Below, piece by piece: positions 9,947 through 20,702 of a DNA stretch of 64,000 bases (the stretch's first letter is position 1; each line of letters opens with the position of its first letter). The translations under genes and the position numbers were made by a program. The notes below the pieces were generated by a model. That model saw only the letters and a program-made list of their open reading frames with translations, did no database searches and was not told the origin of the DNA. Origin of the DNA: Candidatus Latescibacterota bacterium (GTDB lineage: Bacteria; Latescibacterota; UBA2968; UBA8231); the NCBI GenBank assembly GCA_965208105.1, contig OZ242318.1, positions 3,488,001-3,552,000 on the forward strand. Reading direction: 5' to 3'.

Positions 9947-11323
9947 ATGGCCAAATTTGCCCATGCCCTTCCTCTATCGCAAGGGAGCACTCCTGTAACC
10001 AGGCTGTTTCTGCCTCTGCTGTGCATCGCTGCCCTCGGCGGCACGGCACCGGCCCAGACCTGGCACGAAATCATTCCCCGGGAGGGTCCCGCCCCCAAGG
10101 CCCGCTACAACGCCTCGGCCCTTTACGATCCGGTCGACCACCGCATGGTCCTCTTTGGCGGCCGCACCTCGACCAGCGAGATCGAGTTGAACGACGTGTG
10201 GTCCTTTGATCTGAGCGAGGAGACCTGGACCGAGATCACCCCGGACGAAGGGCCGTCCCCGGTACCCCGCTCTACACACAACGCGGTGTACGATCCCGTC
10301 GAGCGCCGCATGCTCGTCTGGTCCGGTCAAAAGCTGAAAGGGGGTAGTGAATTCTTCAACGACGTGTGGTCCTTCGATCTCACGGAGCACACCTGGTCCT
10401 TGTTCGAGCCGCCCGACCCCAGGCCCAACGTGCGCTACGGCACGGCCGCCGTCTTCGATCCCAGGGCGCGCTCACTGGTGACCTTCGCCGGATTTACCGA
10501 CGAAGGACGCTTTGACGACACCTGGGCTTTCGACCCGGATGGAAACAGTTGGACGGATATCTCTCCTCCCGGGAGCCAGCCCCTGAAGCGCTGCCTGCAC
10601 CACGCCGTGTACGACCGCCGCGGCCACTCCATGATCATTTACGGCGGCCAGAGCGAAGGAGCGCAAAAGGACATCTGGGCCTTCGACCTCGAAGAGCACA
10701 CCTGGACCGAGCTGACCCCCGAGGACAGCCCGTCGGGACGCTGGTATGCCGCGGCCGTGTACGACGCCCGCAACCACCGCTTCCTCATGTTCGGCGGCAA
10801 CCGGGGCGGAGACGCCGGCACCACCGACGAGGTGTGGACCTTCGACCTGCAGACCAATGCCTGGACTCTGCTGCAAGCGCAGGGCGCGCCGCCGATCAAG
10901 CGCACCCGCGCCGCGGCGGTGTACGTCGAATCCGAGGACCGCATGGTCGTATTCGGCGGCGCCGAAGGCACCTCCCTGGACGATATGTGGTCCCTCGAAG
11001 GGCTCTCTCCGGCCACTGCGGTGGAGAACCAAACTCTGCGGCCGGGCGCCTTTTCCCTGGAGCAGAACTACCCCAATCCCTGCAATCCCTCGACCACCAT
11101 CCGCTACAGTTTGGCGGCGGCGGCCCAGGTGGACCTGCGCATCCATGACGTGCTCGGCCGGCCGGTGAGACATCTCGTCGGGCAGAGGCAGGAGGCCGGG
11201 GCCTACACCGCGGTCTGGGACGGAGCCGACGACAGGGGACGGCCGCTGGCCAGCGGGGTGTACTTCTATCGCCTGAGCACCGGAAAGGACAGACAGACCC
11301 GCCGCCTCGTGCTGCTGCGTTGA
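9947..11323 (+). CDS. Secreted Kelch-repeat beta-propeller with C-terminal FlgD-Ig/T9SS type-A-like domain
   Basis: Signal-like hydrophobic stretch; six repeats of YD..RM.LFGG...DVW.FDL..TW; C-terminal QNYPNP.NPST..SGVYFYRL. Confidence 0.85.
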   Translation: MAKFAHALPLSQGSTPVTRLFLPLLCIAALGGTAPAQTWHEIIPREGPAPKARYNASALYDPVDHRMVLFGGRTSTSEIELNDVWSFDLSEETWTEITPDEGPSPVPRSTHNAVYDPVERRMLVWSGQKLKGGSEFFNDVWSFDLTEHTWSLFEPPDPRPNVRYGTAAVFDPRARSLVTFAGFTDEGRFDDTWAFDPDGNSWTDISPPGSQPLKRCLHHAVYDRRGHSMIIYGGQSEGAQKDIWAFDLEEHTWTELTPEDSPSGRWYAAAVYDARNHRFLMFGGNRGGDAGTTDEVWTFDLQTNAWTLLQAQGAPPIKRTRAAAVYVESEDRMVVFGGAEGTSLDDMWSLEGLSPATAVENQTLRPGAFSLEQNYPNPCNPSTTIRYSLAAAAQVDLRIHDVLGRPVRHLVGQRQEAGAYTAVWDGADDRGRPLASGVYFYRLSTGKDRQTRRLVLLR

Positions 11324-11390
11324 CCGCATTTGGCCCGGCATGATGGCGGCGATGTACCGCCGTTCTTCAGCAGATTTGGGAGGAATCCAC

Positions 11391-12158
11391 ATGGGACGCC
11401 CGGCCGAGCAGTACGAGCGCGACGGCTACTGGATCGCGGATGCACGGATCGTCCCCGACGAGGTGCTGGAAAAGGCTTTGCAGGGGATGGTGGCGGTGCG
11501 CGACGGCGCGTTCGACATGGAGCTGCCGCCCACCAAGCACCCCGGCTTTGATCCGGGGGTGCTGTGCAAGATCGACAATCCGCATCGTTCGGACACCGGA
11601 CTCCGTGGACTGGCGACCTGCCCGCAGGTGGGCGGCATGGTGGCCGAGATCACCGGGGCGCGGAGAGTGCAGGTGTGGGCGAGCCAGTTGCTGATCAAGC
11701 CTCCCGGGTCGGCGGCCGCGGGTCACGTGGGATGGCACCAGGACCGCCAGTACTGGCATGTGTGGCAGCATGACGAAGGCCTGTTCACCGCCTGGATCGC
11801 CCTGAGCGAGGTGAAGGAGGAGTCGGGGCCGATGCTGTTCGTGCGCGGGTCGCACCGATGGGGCTTTCTCAACCAGGGAGATTTCTACGACAAGGACCAG
11901 GGCAAGCTGCGGGATGGCATCCCGGTGCCGGCGGGCGCGGCCTGGGAAGAAGTGCCAGCCCTGATGCCCTCGGGAGGATTCAGCCTACACCACTGCCTGA
12001 CCTACCACGGCTCCAACGCCAACGTCTCGGGGGCGGCGCGCTGCAGCCTGGCGCTGCATATGCGCGACGAACGGGCGGTGCCCAAGGCCGGCGACCCGAG
12101 CTTCTACAGCTCCCACCTGGAGGATCCCCTGATGAGCCCGGTGATCTACGAAGCCTAG
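11391..12158 (+). CDS. PhyH family dioxygenase
   Basis: IKPP, WHQD, GSHRWG, HGSNAN; GGAGGA RBS. Confidence 0.9.
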   Translation: MGRPAEQYERDGYWIADARIVPDEVLEKALQGMVAVRDGAFDMELPPTKHPGFDPGVLCKIDNPHRSDTGLRGLATCPQVGGMVAEITGARRVQVWASQLLIKPPGSAAAGHVGWHQDRQYWHVWQHDEGLFTAWIALSEVKEESGPMLFVRGSHRWGFLNQGDFYDKDQGKLRDGIPVPAGAAWEEVPALMPSGGFSLHHCLTYHGSNANVSGAARCSLALHMRDERAVPKAGDPSFYSSHLEDPLMSPVIYEA

Positions 12159-12259
12159 TCGCGGAAAAGAGCCACGTCGCGCCTGAAGGGGAGGTGAGGC
12201 GCGCCGTATTTTGCATGAACGGAATTTGGAGGCACTGAACGGTTAGTGGAAACAGAGGG

Positions 12260-12898
12260 ATGAGTATGGTCAGCAAGGACGTGGAAACCGCAAAGCAGTA
12301 TGACGAACGCTACGGGACCGGAGGATTGTATTGGAGCAGCCGCCCCTCGGCTGCGTGCTATGAAATTCTGAGGCTCATGCCGCCGGACCGGCCCGTCAGA
12401 GTGCTCGATATCGGCTGCGGCGAGGGCCGAAACGCTCTTTTCCTGGCCAGAAATGGATATCAGGTGGACGCATTCGACATTTCCCGGAAAGGGGTCGACA
12501 AAGCGGCGCGTCTTGCCGATGAGATAGGCGTCCCGATCAAGGTATATCGGGCAAATTTGGTGGAGACGAAACTCACCGAAGAGTATGACGTCCTCTTTTC
12601 GACGGGTGTCTTTCATTGTATTCCGGTCGAGCTGCGCTCGGAAATATTCGCGAACTTCAAGCAGTTTACTCGGCGGGATGGCCTCCACGTCTTCTCCGTC
12701 TTCGTGCGGAAGCCATTCATCGCTCCGGCCCCCGATGGAGACGCGAATTCCAGCCCCTGGAGATCGGGCGAATTGTTCGCCCACTACCACGATTGGAAAA
12801 TAGAGTCCTGCACCGAGGAGATCTTCGACTGCATGTCCAGCGGCGTTCCGCATCAGCATGCGGTCAACCGGTTAATAGCCAGAAAGCTGGAAGTCTGA
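12260..12898 (+). CDS. Class I SAM-dependent methyltransferase (TehB-like)
   Basis: VLDIGCGEGRNALFLA. Confidence 0.9.
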   Translation: MSMVSKDVETAKQYDERYGTGGLYWSSRPSAACYEILRLMPPDRPVRVLDIGCGEGRNALFLARNGYQVDAFDISRKGVDKAARLADEIGVPIKVYRANLVETKLTEEYDVLFSTGVFHCIPVELRSEIFANFKQFTRRDGLHVFSVFVRKPFIAPAPDGDANSSPWRSGELFAHYHDWKIESCTEEIFDCMSSGVPHQHAVNRLIARKLEV

Positions 12899-12968
12899 CC
12901 GCCGGACTTGTGAGAAATTGCAAGCCGAATTCGAGGATTGATCGGCGACGAAGAAAGATGAGTGGAAA

Positions 12969-13706
12969 ATGGTGGAGCGGTCCTACGATGCAGTCGTGCG
13001 CCGGGTGAAAGCAATTGCGGACCAGGGCAAGAAGACCGAGGTCCTGGGGGAGGTCGGCGGCTACCAGATTTGGGGCATCCGCGCGGGCAGTCCCCGGTGG
13101 CTGCGGGTTTTGCTCACCGGCGGGGTCCACGGCGACGAGCCGGCCGGGGTGGAGGCTGTCCTGGGCTTTGTCGAAGAGGACATGGCCCCGTGGCTCGAGC
13201 AGGTAGAGTTCACCGCGGTGCCCTGCGTCAATCCCATGGGTTACGTGCGCGACACCCGCGACAACGGGGACGGAGCGGATATCAACCGGTCTTTCGAGAA
13301 GGGCGATGTGCCCGAGGTAGAACTGGTCAAGAAGGTGCTGGAGGGATGTCGGGTGGACGCATTCGTCGACTGCCACGAGGACTGGGAGGCCGAAGGCTTC
13401 TACATGTACGAGGGCCTGCGCCAGGGCTCGGCGGTCGGTCCGGCGGTCATTGCCGAAGTGGAAAAGCGGGCTTCCATCGATCTGGACAGCGGCGAGGACA
13501 GCGAGCCTGTGTCGCGGGGGGTCTACGAGATTTCCCGGTCCTGGGGACGGGTAGGGTTTGCGCCCTATGTGCTGGACGGACACGCCTCCAGCGCATGTAT
13601 CTTCGAAACCCCGACCAAATGGCCGCTGGAGAAACGGGCGGCCGTGCACCGGCTCGGGTTGAACGCGGCCCTGCGCCAGTGGACGGGAGAACAAGTGTCC
13701 TTGTGA
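12969..13706 (+). CDS. M14 family metallocarboxypeptidase / desuccinylase-like
   Basis: GGVHGDEPAG, NP.G, DINRSF, DCHED, FETP. Confidence 0.85.
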   Translation: MVERSYDAVVRRVKAIADQGKKTEVLGEVGGYQIWGIRAGSPRWLRVLLTGGVHGDEPAGVEAVLGFVEEDMAPWLEQVEFTAVPCVNPMGYVRDTRDNGDGADINRSFEKGDVPEVELVKKVLEGCRVDAFVDCHEDWEAEGFYMYEGLRQGSAVGPAVIAEVEKRASIDLDSGEDSEPVSRGVYEISRSWGRVGFAPYVLDGHASSACIFETPTKWPLEKRAAVHRLGLNAALRQWTGEQVSL

Positions 13707-13783
13707 ACCACGAATGAAGCGGGGCGCACCAACGCCTTTCTCCCCTACATGGGACAGAACGGCCTTTCAAACAGGAGCTTCAC

Positions 13784-14413
13784 ATGCGGGTCATTGCAAT
13801 CGGCACGGAATACACGGGCAAGACCACCCTCGTCCAGGGCATCCAGAAATGGGGCCACAAGCGAGGTGTCAGTCATCACATGGACGACCACTTTTCCATA
13901 CCCGACCAGGAAACTCTCGCGGAGCCCGCCGATCAAAAGGCCATGACCGAGTTGCCGGCGGCCATCAAGGAGCGCTTCCAGCGCTTTCAGATCGCCTACC
14001 ACGTGCGCCTTCTGCACCATTACCAGCACATCCTGCTCACGGGTTTCCACATCGAGGAAATGGTTTACGGCCAGCGCTACTACTATCCCGACCTGGCGCG
14101 CCCGGTGGAGAACCCCCAGTCATGGGAAAAGGACATGCCGGCGGACGTCATTCTGGTGCATCTCACCGCCAGGCCCGATGCCATCTCACAGCGCATGAAG
14201 GACGATCCGCACGAATATCCAATCGTGCCCGAATCTGATATCGAAGAGGTCCAGGCCGCCTTCCACGAAGAATTCGGCAAGTCGTTCCTCAAGGGAAAAT
14301 TTCAGATCGACACATCGGACCTGAACGCGGACACCTTGCTCGACGCCTTCCTCGAGCAGTCCTTTTCCCACCTCACCGCCGCCGACCACGCCATTCGATC
14401 GGCTGACGGGTGA
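13784..14413 (+). CDS. P-loop nucleotide-kinase-like protein
   Basis: N-terminal GTEYTGKTT Walker A. Confidence 0.65.
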   Translation: MRVIAIGTEYTGKTTLVQGIQKWGHKRGVSHHMDDHFSIPDQETLAEPADQKAMTELPAAIKERFQRFQIAYHVRLLHHYQHILLTGFHIEEMVYGQRYYYPDLARPVENPQSWEKDMPADVILVHLTARPDAISQRMKDDPHEYPIVPESDIEEVQAAFHEEFGKSFLKGKFQIDTSDLNADTLLDAFLEQSFSHLTAADHAIRSADG

Positions 14414-14504
14414 CCGGGCTTCGAGCCCGGCGCTTTGGCGCGGCAGACCGCGGTGCCTTATCTTCCCGGGACCTGGAGGTGAATTGAACGGAGCAAGCCG
14501 ATCT

Positions 14505-15434
14505 ATGGAAGCAGTCAGGATGGAACCCGGCCCGCCCATCGAGGTCCCCAAACCGCTCGACCCCGGCCAGGTGCAGTCCTTCGTCGACAAGGGCTATCTC
14601 GTCGTGCCGGGCCTGATGGATGAAGCCGAGCTCGACGATCTCAAACGCGACCTGGTGGACGTGGCGCGCGGCCGCTACGAGTGCGACAACATCGAGCCGG
14701 TGGACCCCGCCATGAGCGACCAGGAGGTGCTGGAGAGCATCCTCTGCATCCACCAGCCCCACTTCGTCAGCTCGGTGATCGAAAGCTACGTCCGCCACCC
14801 CGAAATCTGCGGCGTCCTGAGCCAGATCACCGCGGCCCACCTGCCCTTCTGGGACGGCAGCGTCAAGTGCATGCAGTCCATGTACTTCGTCAAGCCGCCC
14901 AACTTCCAGGGCCAGGCCTGGCACCAGGACGAGATCTACATCCCCACCCGGGACCGCTCGCTGATCGGCGCCTGGATCGCCGTGGACGACTCCATTGTGG
15001 AAAACGGTTGCATCTACGTGATCCCCGGTTCGCACCGGCCCGGCTACCTCTACCCGCAGCGCCCTCACGAAAACCTGGACGAGTTCGACTTCGCCCCCGA
15101 GAGCTACGGCTTCGACGAGAGCGCCGAGGTCCCGGTCGAGGTGCAGGCCGGGACCGTCGTGTTCTTCAACGGCTACCTCCTCCACCGCTCCTACAAGAAC
15201 CGGGGCGGCACCTATCGCCGCGTGCTGGTCAACCACTACTGCAACGCCTATAGCCTGTTGCCCTGGTCCATCGAGGAGGGCGAGACGCCCGCCCGCGCCG
15301 ACCGCCGCACCATCGTGCCGGTGGCCGGAATCGACCCCTACGCCTGGAAGGGCTATCAGACGCCGGCCAGGTCCGTAAGTCTGCGGCACTGCAAGGCCAT
15401 CGACGAGGTCCGCGCCGCCCGCGGCAATTCCTGA
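14505..15434 (+). CDS. PhyH family dioxygenase (start uncertain)
   Basis: FVKPP, WHQDE, ENGC..VIPGSH, LHRS. Confidence 0.9.
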   Translation: MEAVRMEPGPPIEVPKPLDPGQVQSFVDKGYLVVPGLMDEAELDDLKRDLVDVARGRYECDNIEPVDPAMSDQEVLESILCIHQPHFVSSVIESYVRHPEICGVLSQITAAHLPFWDGSVKCMQSMYFVKPPNFQGQAWHQDEIYIPTRDRSLIGAWIAVDDSIVENGCIYVIPGSHRPGYLYPQRPHENLDEFDFAPESYGFDESAEVPVEVQAGTVVFFNGYLLHRSYKNRGGTYRRVLVNHYCNAYSLLPWSIEEGETPARADRRTIVPVAGIDPYAWKGYQTPARSVSLRHCKAIDEVRAARGNS

Positions 15435-15816
15435 GCGTCGACCGCAGCGGCGCAGGGCCCGGCCGCCGGGCGGTCATCGAGCGCGGGTCGACCCTTCACT
15501 CCCAGGCATCGGCTTGTCGTTGTCCTCCGGTGCCGAAGCGCCGGTGCCTTCGCAGTTGTAATTCTTGGCAAACGTTTGCTTTCCTGCCCCACTGCGTTCG
15601 CCGAATCCTGGCGTGAATACCATCTCCACGTCCGCAAACTCCTCAGTGCCAACGGCTACGTCCAATCCTCTCCGGTACCGGCGAGGACGACACTGAAAGG
15701 TCCCTCCCGCTTGTGGCCTAGCCGCGAGCAAGCTATTATGAGGCAGGGCCTGCCCAGCAGTCGCTATTCGCTCCGGGATCAGCCTCGCGTTGCCCTAGCA
15801 AAAAGGAGAAGCCATC

Positions 15817-17370
15817 ATGATTGCCAATAGGCTTAAAAAGCTGTGGCCACAACTTCAAGGCAAGAAGCAGCACCTACCGCATCACCTCGATGAACTCCGA
15901 CTGTGGGGCATCCGTGGCATCCATGATCTGAGAGTAACGTTCGACTATCCCGTGAGCGTGATCGCAGGCGGTAATGCCAGCGGCAAGTCAACAGTGCTAT
16001 TTGCCGCCGCTTGCGCCTATAAGGTCCCAGGGGCCGGCGTGAGAGACTTCGTGCCCTCTACCCTCTTCCCCGACTACCGTCCAAAGCACGGTGGCCGCCA
16101 AGACGGAAGACAACTTATTACTATCGAATTTGAGTACTCGACGCCAGAAGGCCGACGTTCGATGCGCTGGCGGCGCGCTAAGGGTTGGAGCCGGAGTTTC
16201 TTCGGCCGCAAGGGTGCCGCGCAACCCGAACGCCCGGTTCACCTGCGCACCCTGACTAACCTGAGCAACCCCTCTGAAGTCCGGGGGGTGCTCAGGATGT
16301 CTCATCTCAAGGACGCCCCCGAGGAGATTCCGCTGACAGCTTCCCAGATCAGCTTCGCACAGCAAATGTTGCCGTTCACCTACTCTGATGCCGTCAAACT
16401 GTCCAGTGGGAAGAAGAACTTACTGTTCGTGGAGCAGGAAGCCGGTGCATCCTATTCCGAGCTACAGATGGCAGCGGGAGAGCGTGCTATTCTGCGGCTA
16501 TCCCAAGAAATTGCACAATTGAAAGGTGCACTCGTCTTGATAGACGAAGTGGAAGCCGGCCTTCATCCGTGGGTGCAACAGCTCCTCATGTTGCAATTGC
16601 AGCAACTTGCTCTCCGCAACGACCTACAGATCATCGTCACTTCCCATAGCCCTGTGGTACTCAACTCAGTTCCAGTCAATGGGCGAATCTTCCTCGAACG
16701 CACCGAAGACGGCCGGGTGGTGCTGCTCCCACCTCATCGAGACATTATCCAAGACGCACTTTACGGACGTTCCCACGACATGCTGAACTTGCTTTGTGAA
16801 GACGATGCTGCCGAAGGCATTCTGCATGGGGTTCTCGATCACCTTGCAATCAGTCAAGAGATCAGGAGAGAGTCGATTCGCGTTGGCCGCGACACGGGTG
16901 CGTCGGAGTTCCCAATGCACGCTGCGGCGTTTAGAAAATTCGGTTTGCTGGAAGATTTTGCGTTTGTTCTCGACGGCGATCAGCGAGCCAGTGGCCTAGA
17001 GCAAAAAATCCACGACGCCGCCGGGAGCACCAACGTGCCCGTTTTGTTTTTGCCAAGTAGCGACGCCCCGGAAATCTGGATATGGGAGCGTTTGCAACAG
17101 ACCCCCGAACGCTGGGCTAATGGCTTGGGAACCAACCCGGAAAGCCTCGCCACGAACATCAGTCGTCTGGATGCGACCTACGACTCCGCGGGAGACACGC
17201 CAGCGAACATTGCCAAGAACAAGCTCCACGATCTAGCAGCAGCACAAAATCGGCCCGCTTCCCAAGTCTGCCGTCTGATCGCACATAGCGAAGCCGCCGA
17301 CGAAGCGAGCGGCCTCCAACCACTACTGGAATCCCTGAAAGATCTCCTGCTGCAATGGCGTGCCGATTGA
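15817..17370 (+). CDS. ABC-type ATPase fused to a TOPRIM-like domain (OLD-like ATP-dependent nuclease)
   Basis: Walker A GGNASGKST, signature MAAGE, Walker B LIDEVE, H-loop TSHS; TOPRIM-like LCED and LDGD; AGGAG RBS. Confidence 0.8.
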   Translation: MIANRLKKLWPQLQGKKQHLPHHLDELRLWGIRGIHDLRVTFDYPVSVIAGGNASGKSTVLFAAACAYKVPGAGVRDFVPSTLFPDYRPKHGGRQDGRQLITIEFEYSTPEGRRSMRWRRAKGWSRSFFGRKGAAQPERPVHLRTLTNLSNPSEVRGVLRMSHLKDAPEEIPLTASQISFAQQMLPFTYSDAVKLSSGKKNLLFVEQEAGASYSELQMAAGERAILRLSQEIAQLKGALVLIDEVEAGLHPWVQQLLMLQLQQLALRNDLQIIVTSHSPVVLNSVPVNGRIFLERTEDGRVVLLPPHRDIIQDALYGRSHDMLNLLCEDDAAEGILHGVLDHLAISQEIRRESIRVGRDTGASEFPMHAAAFRKFGLLEDFAFVLDGDQRASGLEQKIHDAAGSTNVPVLFLPSSDAPEIWIWERLQQTPERWANGLGTNPESLATNISRLDATYDSAGDTPANIAKNKLHDLAAAQNRPASQVCRLIAHSEAADEASGLQPLLESLKDLLLQWRAD

Positions 17371-17634
17371 GACCCTGCTATCGGCTTTGGCCTGCACCCC
17401 CGCGCCTATTCCGTCGCGACGGTCGGCGATGTCAGCGGCGGCGAAAGCGGCTCAACTCCTCGGCGAAACCCGACTCATCCGGTTGAAGTTCCTGCGCCAC
17501 TTGTTGCTCGCCGCAGGATTTCCAGAAGGAAGCCGAAATGAACAATCTACCTGGACCGCGTACTTGGCTCGACGACCCCAGATGTCATCTATCGCGCCGA
17601 CCATTTTGACGAAGCGATTCCTACGTTAAGAAAA

Positions 17635-18702
17635 GTGACCAAGGAGTACAAATTGCCACGCACATACAGGACCTGCCTCATCGGATGCGGACGGATGGGC
17701 GCAACCATCGACGACGAAGTCGCGAATCGAGCCGATAGTTTCATCTGGCTGCCCTTTTCGCACGCCGCGGCAACGGTCGCCTGCGACAGGACCAACCTGG
17801 TGGCCGTCTCGGACGTCCTCGCCGACAAGGCGGAGTCCATCCGGAGGCGCTACGGAGCGGAGCGCGCCTATACGGACTACCGGCAGATGATCGAGAGGGA
17901 AAGACCCGACATCGTCTGCGTCGCCACGCGCCCCGGACCCCATGCCGAGATAACCGCCTTCGCGGCTGAAAACAAGGTCAGGGGGATCTACTGTGAGAAA
18001 CCGCTCTGCTGCTCCATGGAAGAGGCGGACATCATGGTGGACCAGGTGGAGAAGCACGGAGTCAAGTTCAACTACGGCACCCAGCGCCGCTTCACGCCCA
18101 ACTACCGCAAGGTGCTCGAGCTCGTCGATGCGGGCGAGATCGGGGAGGTCCAGTGCGTCATCGCACATTACGGAGCGACCTCCGCCCTGTGGGGACTGAC
18201 GCACGGCGCCGATATGCTTCTCTACATGGCCGGCGATCCGGAGGTGGACTTCGTCCAGGGCGCCATCACATGCAAGGACTCGGACTGGGAGGGCAATCGC
18301 CTGAATATCGATCCGCCCGTCACCAGCGGCTACATCCGTTACTCCAACGGCGTCCACGGCAATATTACGGCTGGTCAGGGTGTCGAATTCGAGGTATGCG
18401 GCAGCGAGGGCAAGATCCGGGTCCAGAACAACGGCAGGGAAGTCCATTTGAGGAAGAAGGACGGCGCCTTCTTGGAGGAGGCCCCCTTCCCCGACGTACC
18501 CCATGTCAGCGGCACCGTCATGGGAATCAAGGACATCGCCGGGGCTCTGGACGATGACCGTGAAACCATGGGTCCCGCCCACCTCGCGCGCCGCAGCCAG
18601 GAGACATTGATGGGAATCATCGAATCTCAACGGTTGGGCGGCAAACAGGTTCCCCTGCCCATGGAAAACCGCACGCTCTACGTTTCCGGGGATAAGTGGT
18701 GA
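17635..18702 (+). CDS. Gfo/Idh/MocA family oxidoreductase
   Basis: IGCGRMG, CEKP. Confidence 0.9.
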   Translation: MTKEYKLPRTYRTCLIGCGRMGATIDDEVANRADSFIWLPFSHAAATVACDRTNLVAVSDVLADKAESIRRRYGAERAYTDYRQMIERERPDIVCVATRPGPHAEITAFAAENKVRGIYCEKPLCCSMEEADIMVDQVEKHGVKFNYGTQRRFTPNYRKVLELVDAGEIGEVQCVIAHYGATSALWGLTHGADMLLYMAGDPEVDFVQGAITCKDSDWEGNRLNIDPPVTSGYIRYSNGVHGNITAGQGVEFEVCGSEGKIRVQNNGREVHLRKKDGAFLEEAPFPDVPHVSGTVMGIKDIAGALDDDRETMGPAHLARRSQETLMGIIESQRLGGKQVPLPMENRTLYVSGDKW

Positions 18703-18834
18703 TGTCTGCAAGCACGGAAATAATTGGAATGAAGATGGAAGGCCGGAGGACGCGGGAGGAGGCAGGGCGCTGCCTGCGCGACGGCAGCGGACCTGTCCCG
18801 GGCGGACCCAGGTGATGGGCTGGGTTGATCCCTC

Positions 18835-20070
18835 TTGAAATCAGGAGATTGCATAGTAGTCGGCGGAGGAGCCGCCGGGATGATCGCGGCCATCGTCGCC
18901 GCCGAGGGGGGCGAGCGGGTTACCCTGCTCGAAGGCAGCGGAAAATTGGGCCGCAAGATCTTGATTTCGGGCAACGGGCGCTGCAACCTGACGAATACGG
19001 CGGCGGACGACCTCAAGCACTATCACGGCACCCACCCGCGCTTCGTCCGCAGCGCCCTGGACCAGTTCCGCCTGGAGGAAACCCTGGCGTTTTTCGCCGA
19101 CCTGGGCGTCGAGTTTCGCGAGGAAAAACGGCAGCGCATCTTTCCCGTCTCGGACCAGGCGCAGTCGGTCATCGATCTGCTCGCCGACCGCATGCGCTGC
19201 CTGGGCGTCGGGGTCGAAACCAACGCCAAGGTGGTGGGCCTGAGGCGCGCCCCCGGCTCCGACCGCTTCGAGCTGAGCGACGCCGAGGGGCGGCGCTTTA
19301 CCGGCGATCGGGTGATATTGGCCAGCGGCGGCGTCAGCCTCGCCCGCCTGGGGGCCGACCGCTCGGGCATGGACCTGGCCGTGGCCATGGGGCACCGCCT
19401 CACCGGCCTCAAGCCCGGGTTGGTGCCGCTGATCAGCCCGGACAAGTATCTCGCCCGCATGCAGGGGCTCAAGGTCCGGGCCGAGGTGCGCGTTGCGCTC
19501 AAGGGCGGGCGCGAGGCCGTGGATACGGACGACCTGCTGTTTACCAAGTACGGTGTCTCGGGATTTACCGTGTTGAACCTCAGCGCCCGCCTGGTGCCCG
19601 AGCTGGGGGAGGAGGGCGCCGTGCTGCGGGTCAACTTCTTCCCCGGCCGCAGCCCGGAGGCGATCAGCCAGTTGCTCAACGAGCGCTGGCAGCGCCATCC
19701 CCACCGCTCGCTGGAGCTGAGCTTCGCCGGCCTGCTCTCCAGCAAACTGGTGCGGCCGCTCCTGGGTCATCTGGGGTTCGACGCAGGGCAGCGGGTCGAC
19801 CGGGTGAGCAAAGGCGCGCGCTGGAAGCTGGCCCAAAGCCTGGCGAACTGGCCGATCGCGGTCAGCGGCCCGAGGCCCTTCGACTACGCCGAGGTGACGG
19901 TCGGCGGTGTGAGGACCGAGGACATCAATCCGGATACACTCGAATCCTTCCTGGTGCCCGGCCTCTACTTCGCCGGCGAGATGGTCGATATCCACGCCGA
20001 CCTGGGGGGATTCAACTTCCAGTGGGCATGGGCCAGCGGGGTTCTCGCCGGCCGCCGGCTGGGGTCGTGA
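18835..20070 (+). CDS. HI0933/BaiN-family flavoprotein (NAD(P)/FAD oxidoreductase)
   Basis: GGGAAG, GRKILISGNGRCNLTN, VTVGGV, GGFNFQWAWASG. Confidence 0.92.
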   Translation: MKSGDCIVVGGGAAGMIAAIVAAEGGERVTLLEGSGKLGRKILISGNGRCNLTNTAADDLKHYHGTHPRFVRSALDQFRLEETLAFFADLGVEFREEKRQRIFPVSDQAQSVIDLLADRMRCLGVGVETNAKVVGLRRAPGSDRFELSDAEGRRFTGDRVILASGGVSLARLGADRSGMDLAVAMGHRLTGLKPGLVPLISPDKYLARMQGLKVRAEVRVALKGGREAVDTDDLLFTKYGVSGFTVLNLSARLVPELGEEGAVLRVNFFPGRSPEAISQLLNERWQRHPHRSLELSFAGLLSSKLVRPLLGHLGFDAGQRVDRVSKGARWKLAQSLANWPIAVSGPRPFDYAEVTVGGVRTEDINPDTLESFLVPGLYFAGEMVDIHADLGGFNFQWAWASGVLAGRRLGS

Positions 20071-20179
20071 GGTTTGGGTGGCGGCCAGTGATGGGACGGG
20101 CTCGGCTGCCCAAGCTGACGACGCTTCCTGGCCATAACATGCCCTTGACAACATATGTCGTAGAAAACATATTTCGTCT

Positions 20180-20296
20180 GCGAATTGGGTAGTGGAGATC
20201 GCGGATGAGTTCGATCCGGAGTTCGACAGCCTGCACGAAGAGGTGCAAACCGAGACCTTAGCGATTGCCCGGCTCGCAAATGAAGGAGGATCATGA
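20180..20296 (+). pseudogene. Internally deleted RelE/ParE(HigB)-type toxin remnant
   Basis: 38 codons (ANWVVEIADEFDPEFDSLHEEVQTETLAIARLANEGGS*) resembling only the toxin N-terminus; no start codon; TTGACA at 20145; stop overlaps the antitoxin ATG. Confidence 0.6.
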
Positions 20297-20622
20297 TGCC
20301 TTTGAACGTGGAGGAAAAGATTGCGATGCTCGATCCTGACCGGCGCCGCAAGGTCGAGGATCGGGCTACCGAGCTCATTGCTGAGGAGATGAGCCTGCGC
20401 CAACTCCGCAAGGCCCGGCAGCTCACCCAGGCGCACGTCGCGCTCCAACTGGGGATTTCGCAGGAGGGCGTCTCCCGGCTCGAGCAAAGAAGCGATCTAT
20501 TGCTCTCGACGTTGCGCAAGACGGTGGAGGCCATGGGCGGCAGGCTTTCGCTCACCGCCAAATTTCCCGACCGTCCGCCGGTCGAGTTGTCCGGCATCGC
20601 CGAGGGCAGTCCCCATGACTGA
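20293..20622 (+). CDS. XRE-family HTH antitoxin
   Basis: LRQLRKARQLTQAHVALQLGISQEGVSRLEQRSDLLLSTLR. Confidence 0.85.
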   Translation: MMPLNVEEKIAMLDPDRRRKVEDRATELIAEEMSLRQLRKARQLTQAHVALQLGISQEGVSRLEQRSDLLLSTLRKTVEAMGGRLSLTAKFPDRPPVELSGIAEGSPHD

Positions 20623-20702
20623 GCCCTAGGCAGGTTGAAACTAAAGCTGCCGGGATTCAACCCGAGTTACCGCGCCCTGGTTAAACAGGAGGAGACACAG
20701 GA

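Noticed and set aside
15435-15816. Possible retron ncRNA upstream of the ATPase-TOPRIM gene
   Set aside because: No reverse transcriptase in the window and no clear a1/a2 inverted repeats seen.
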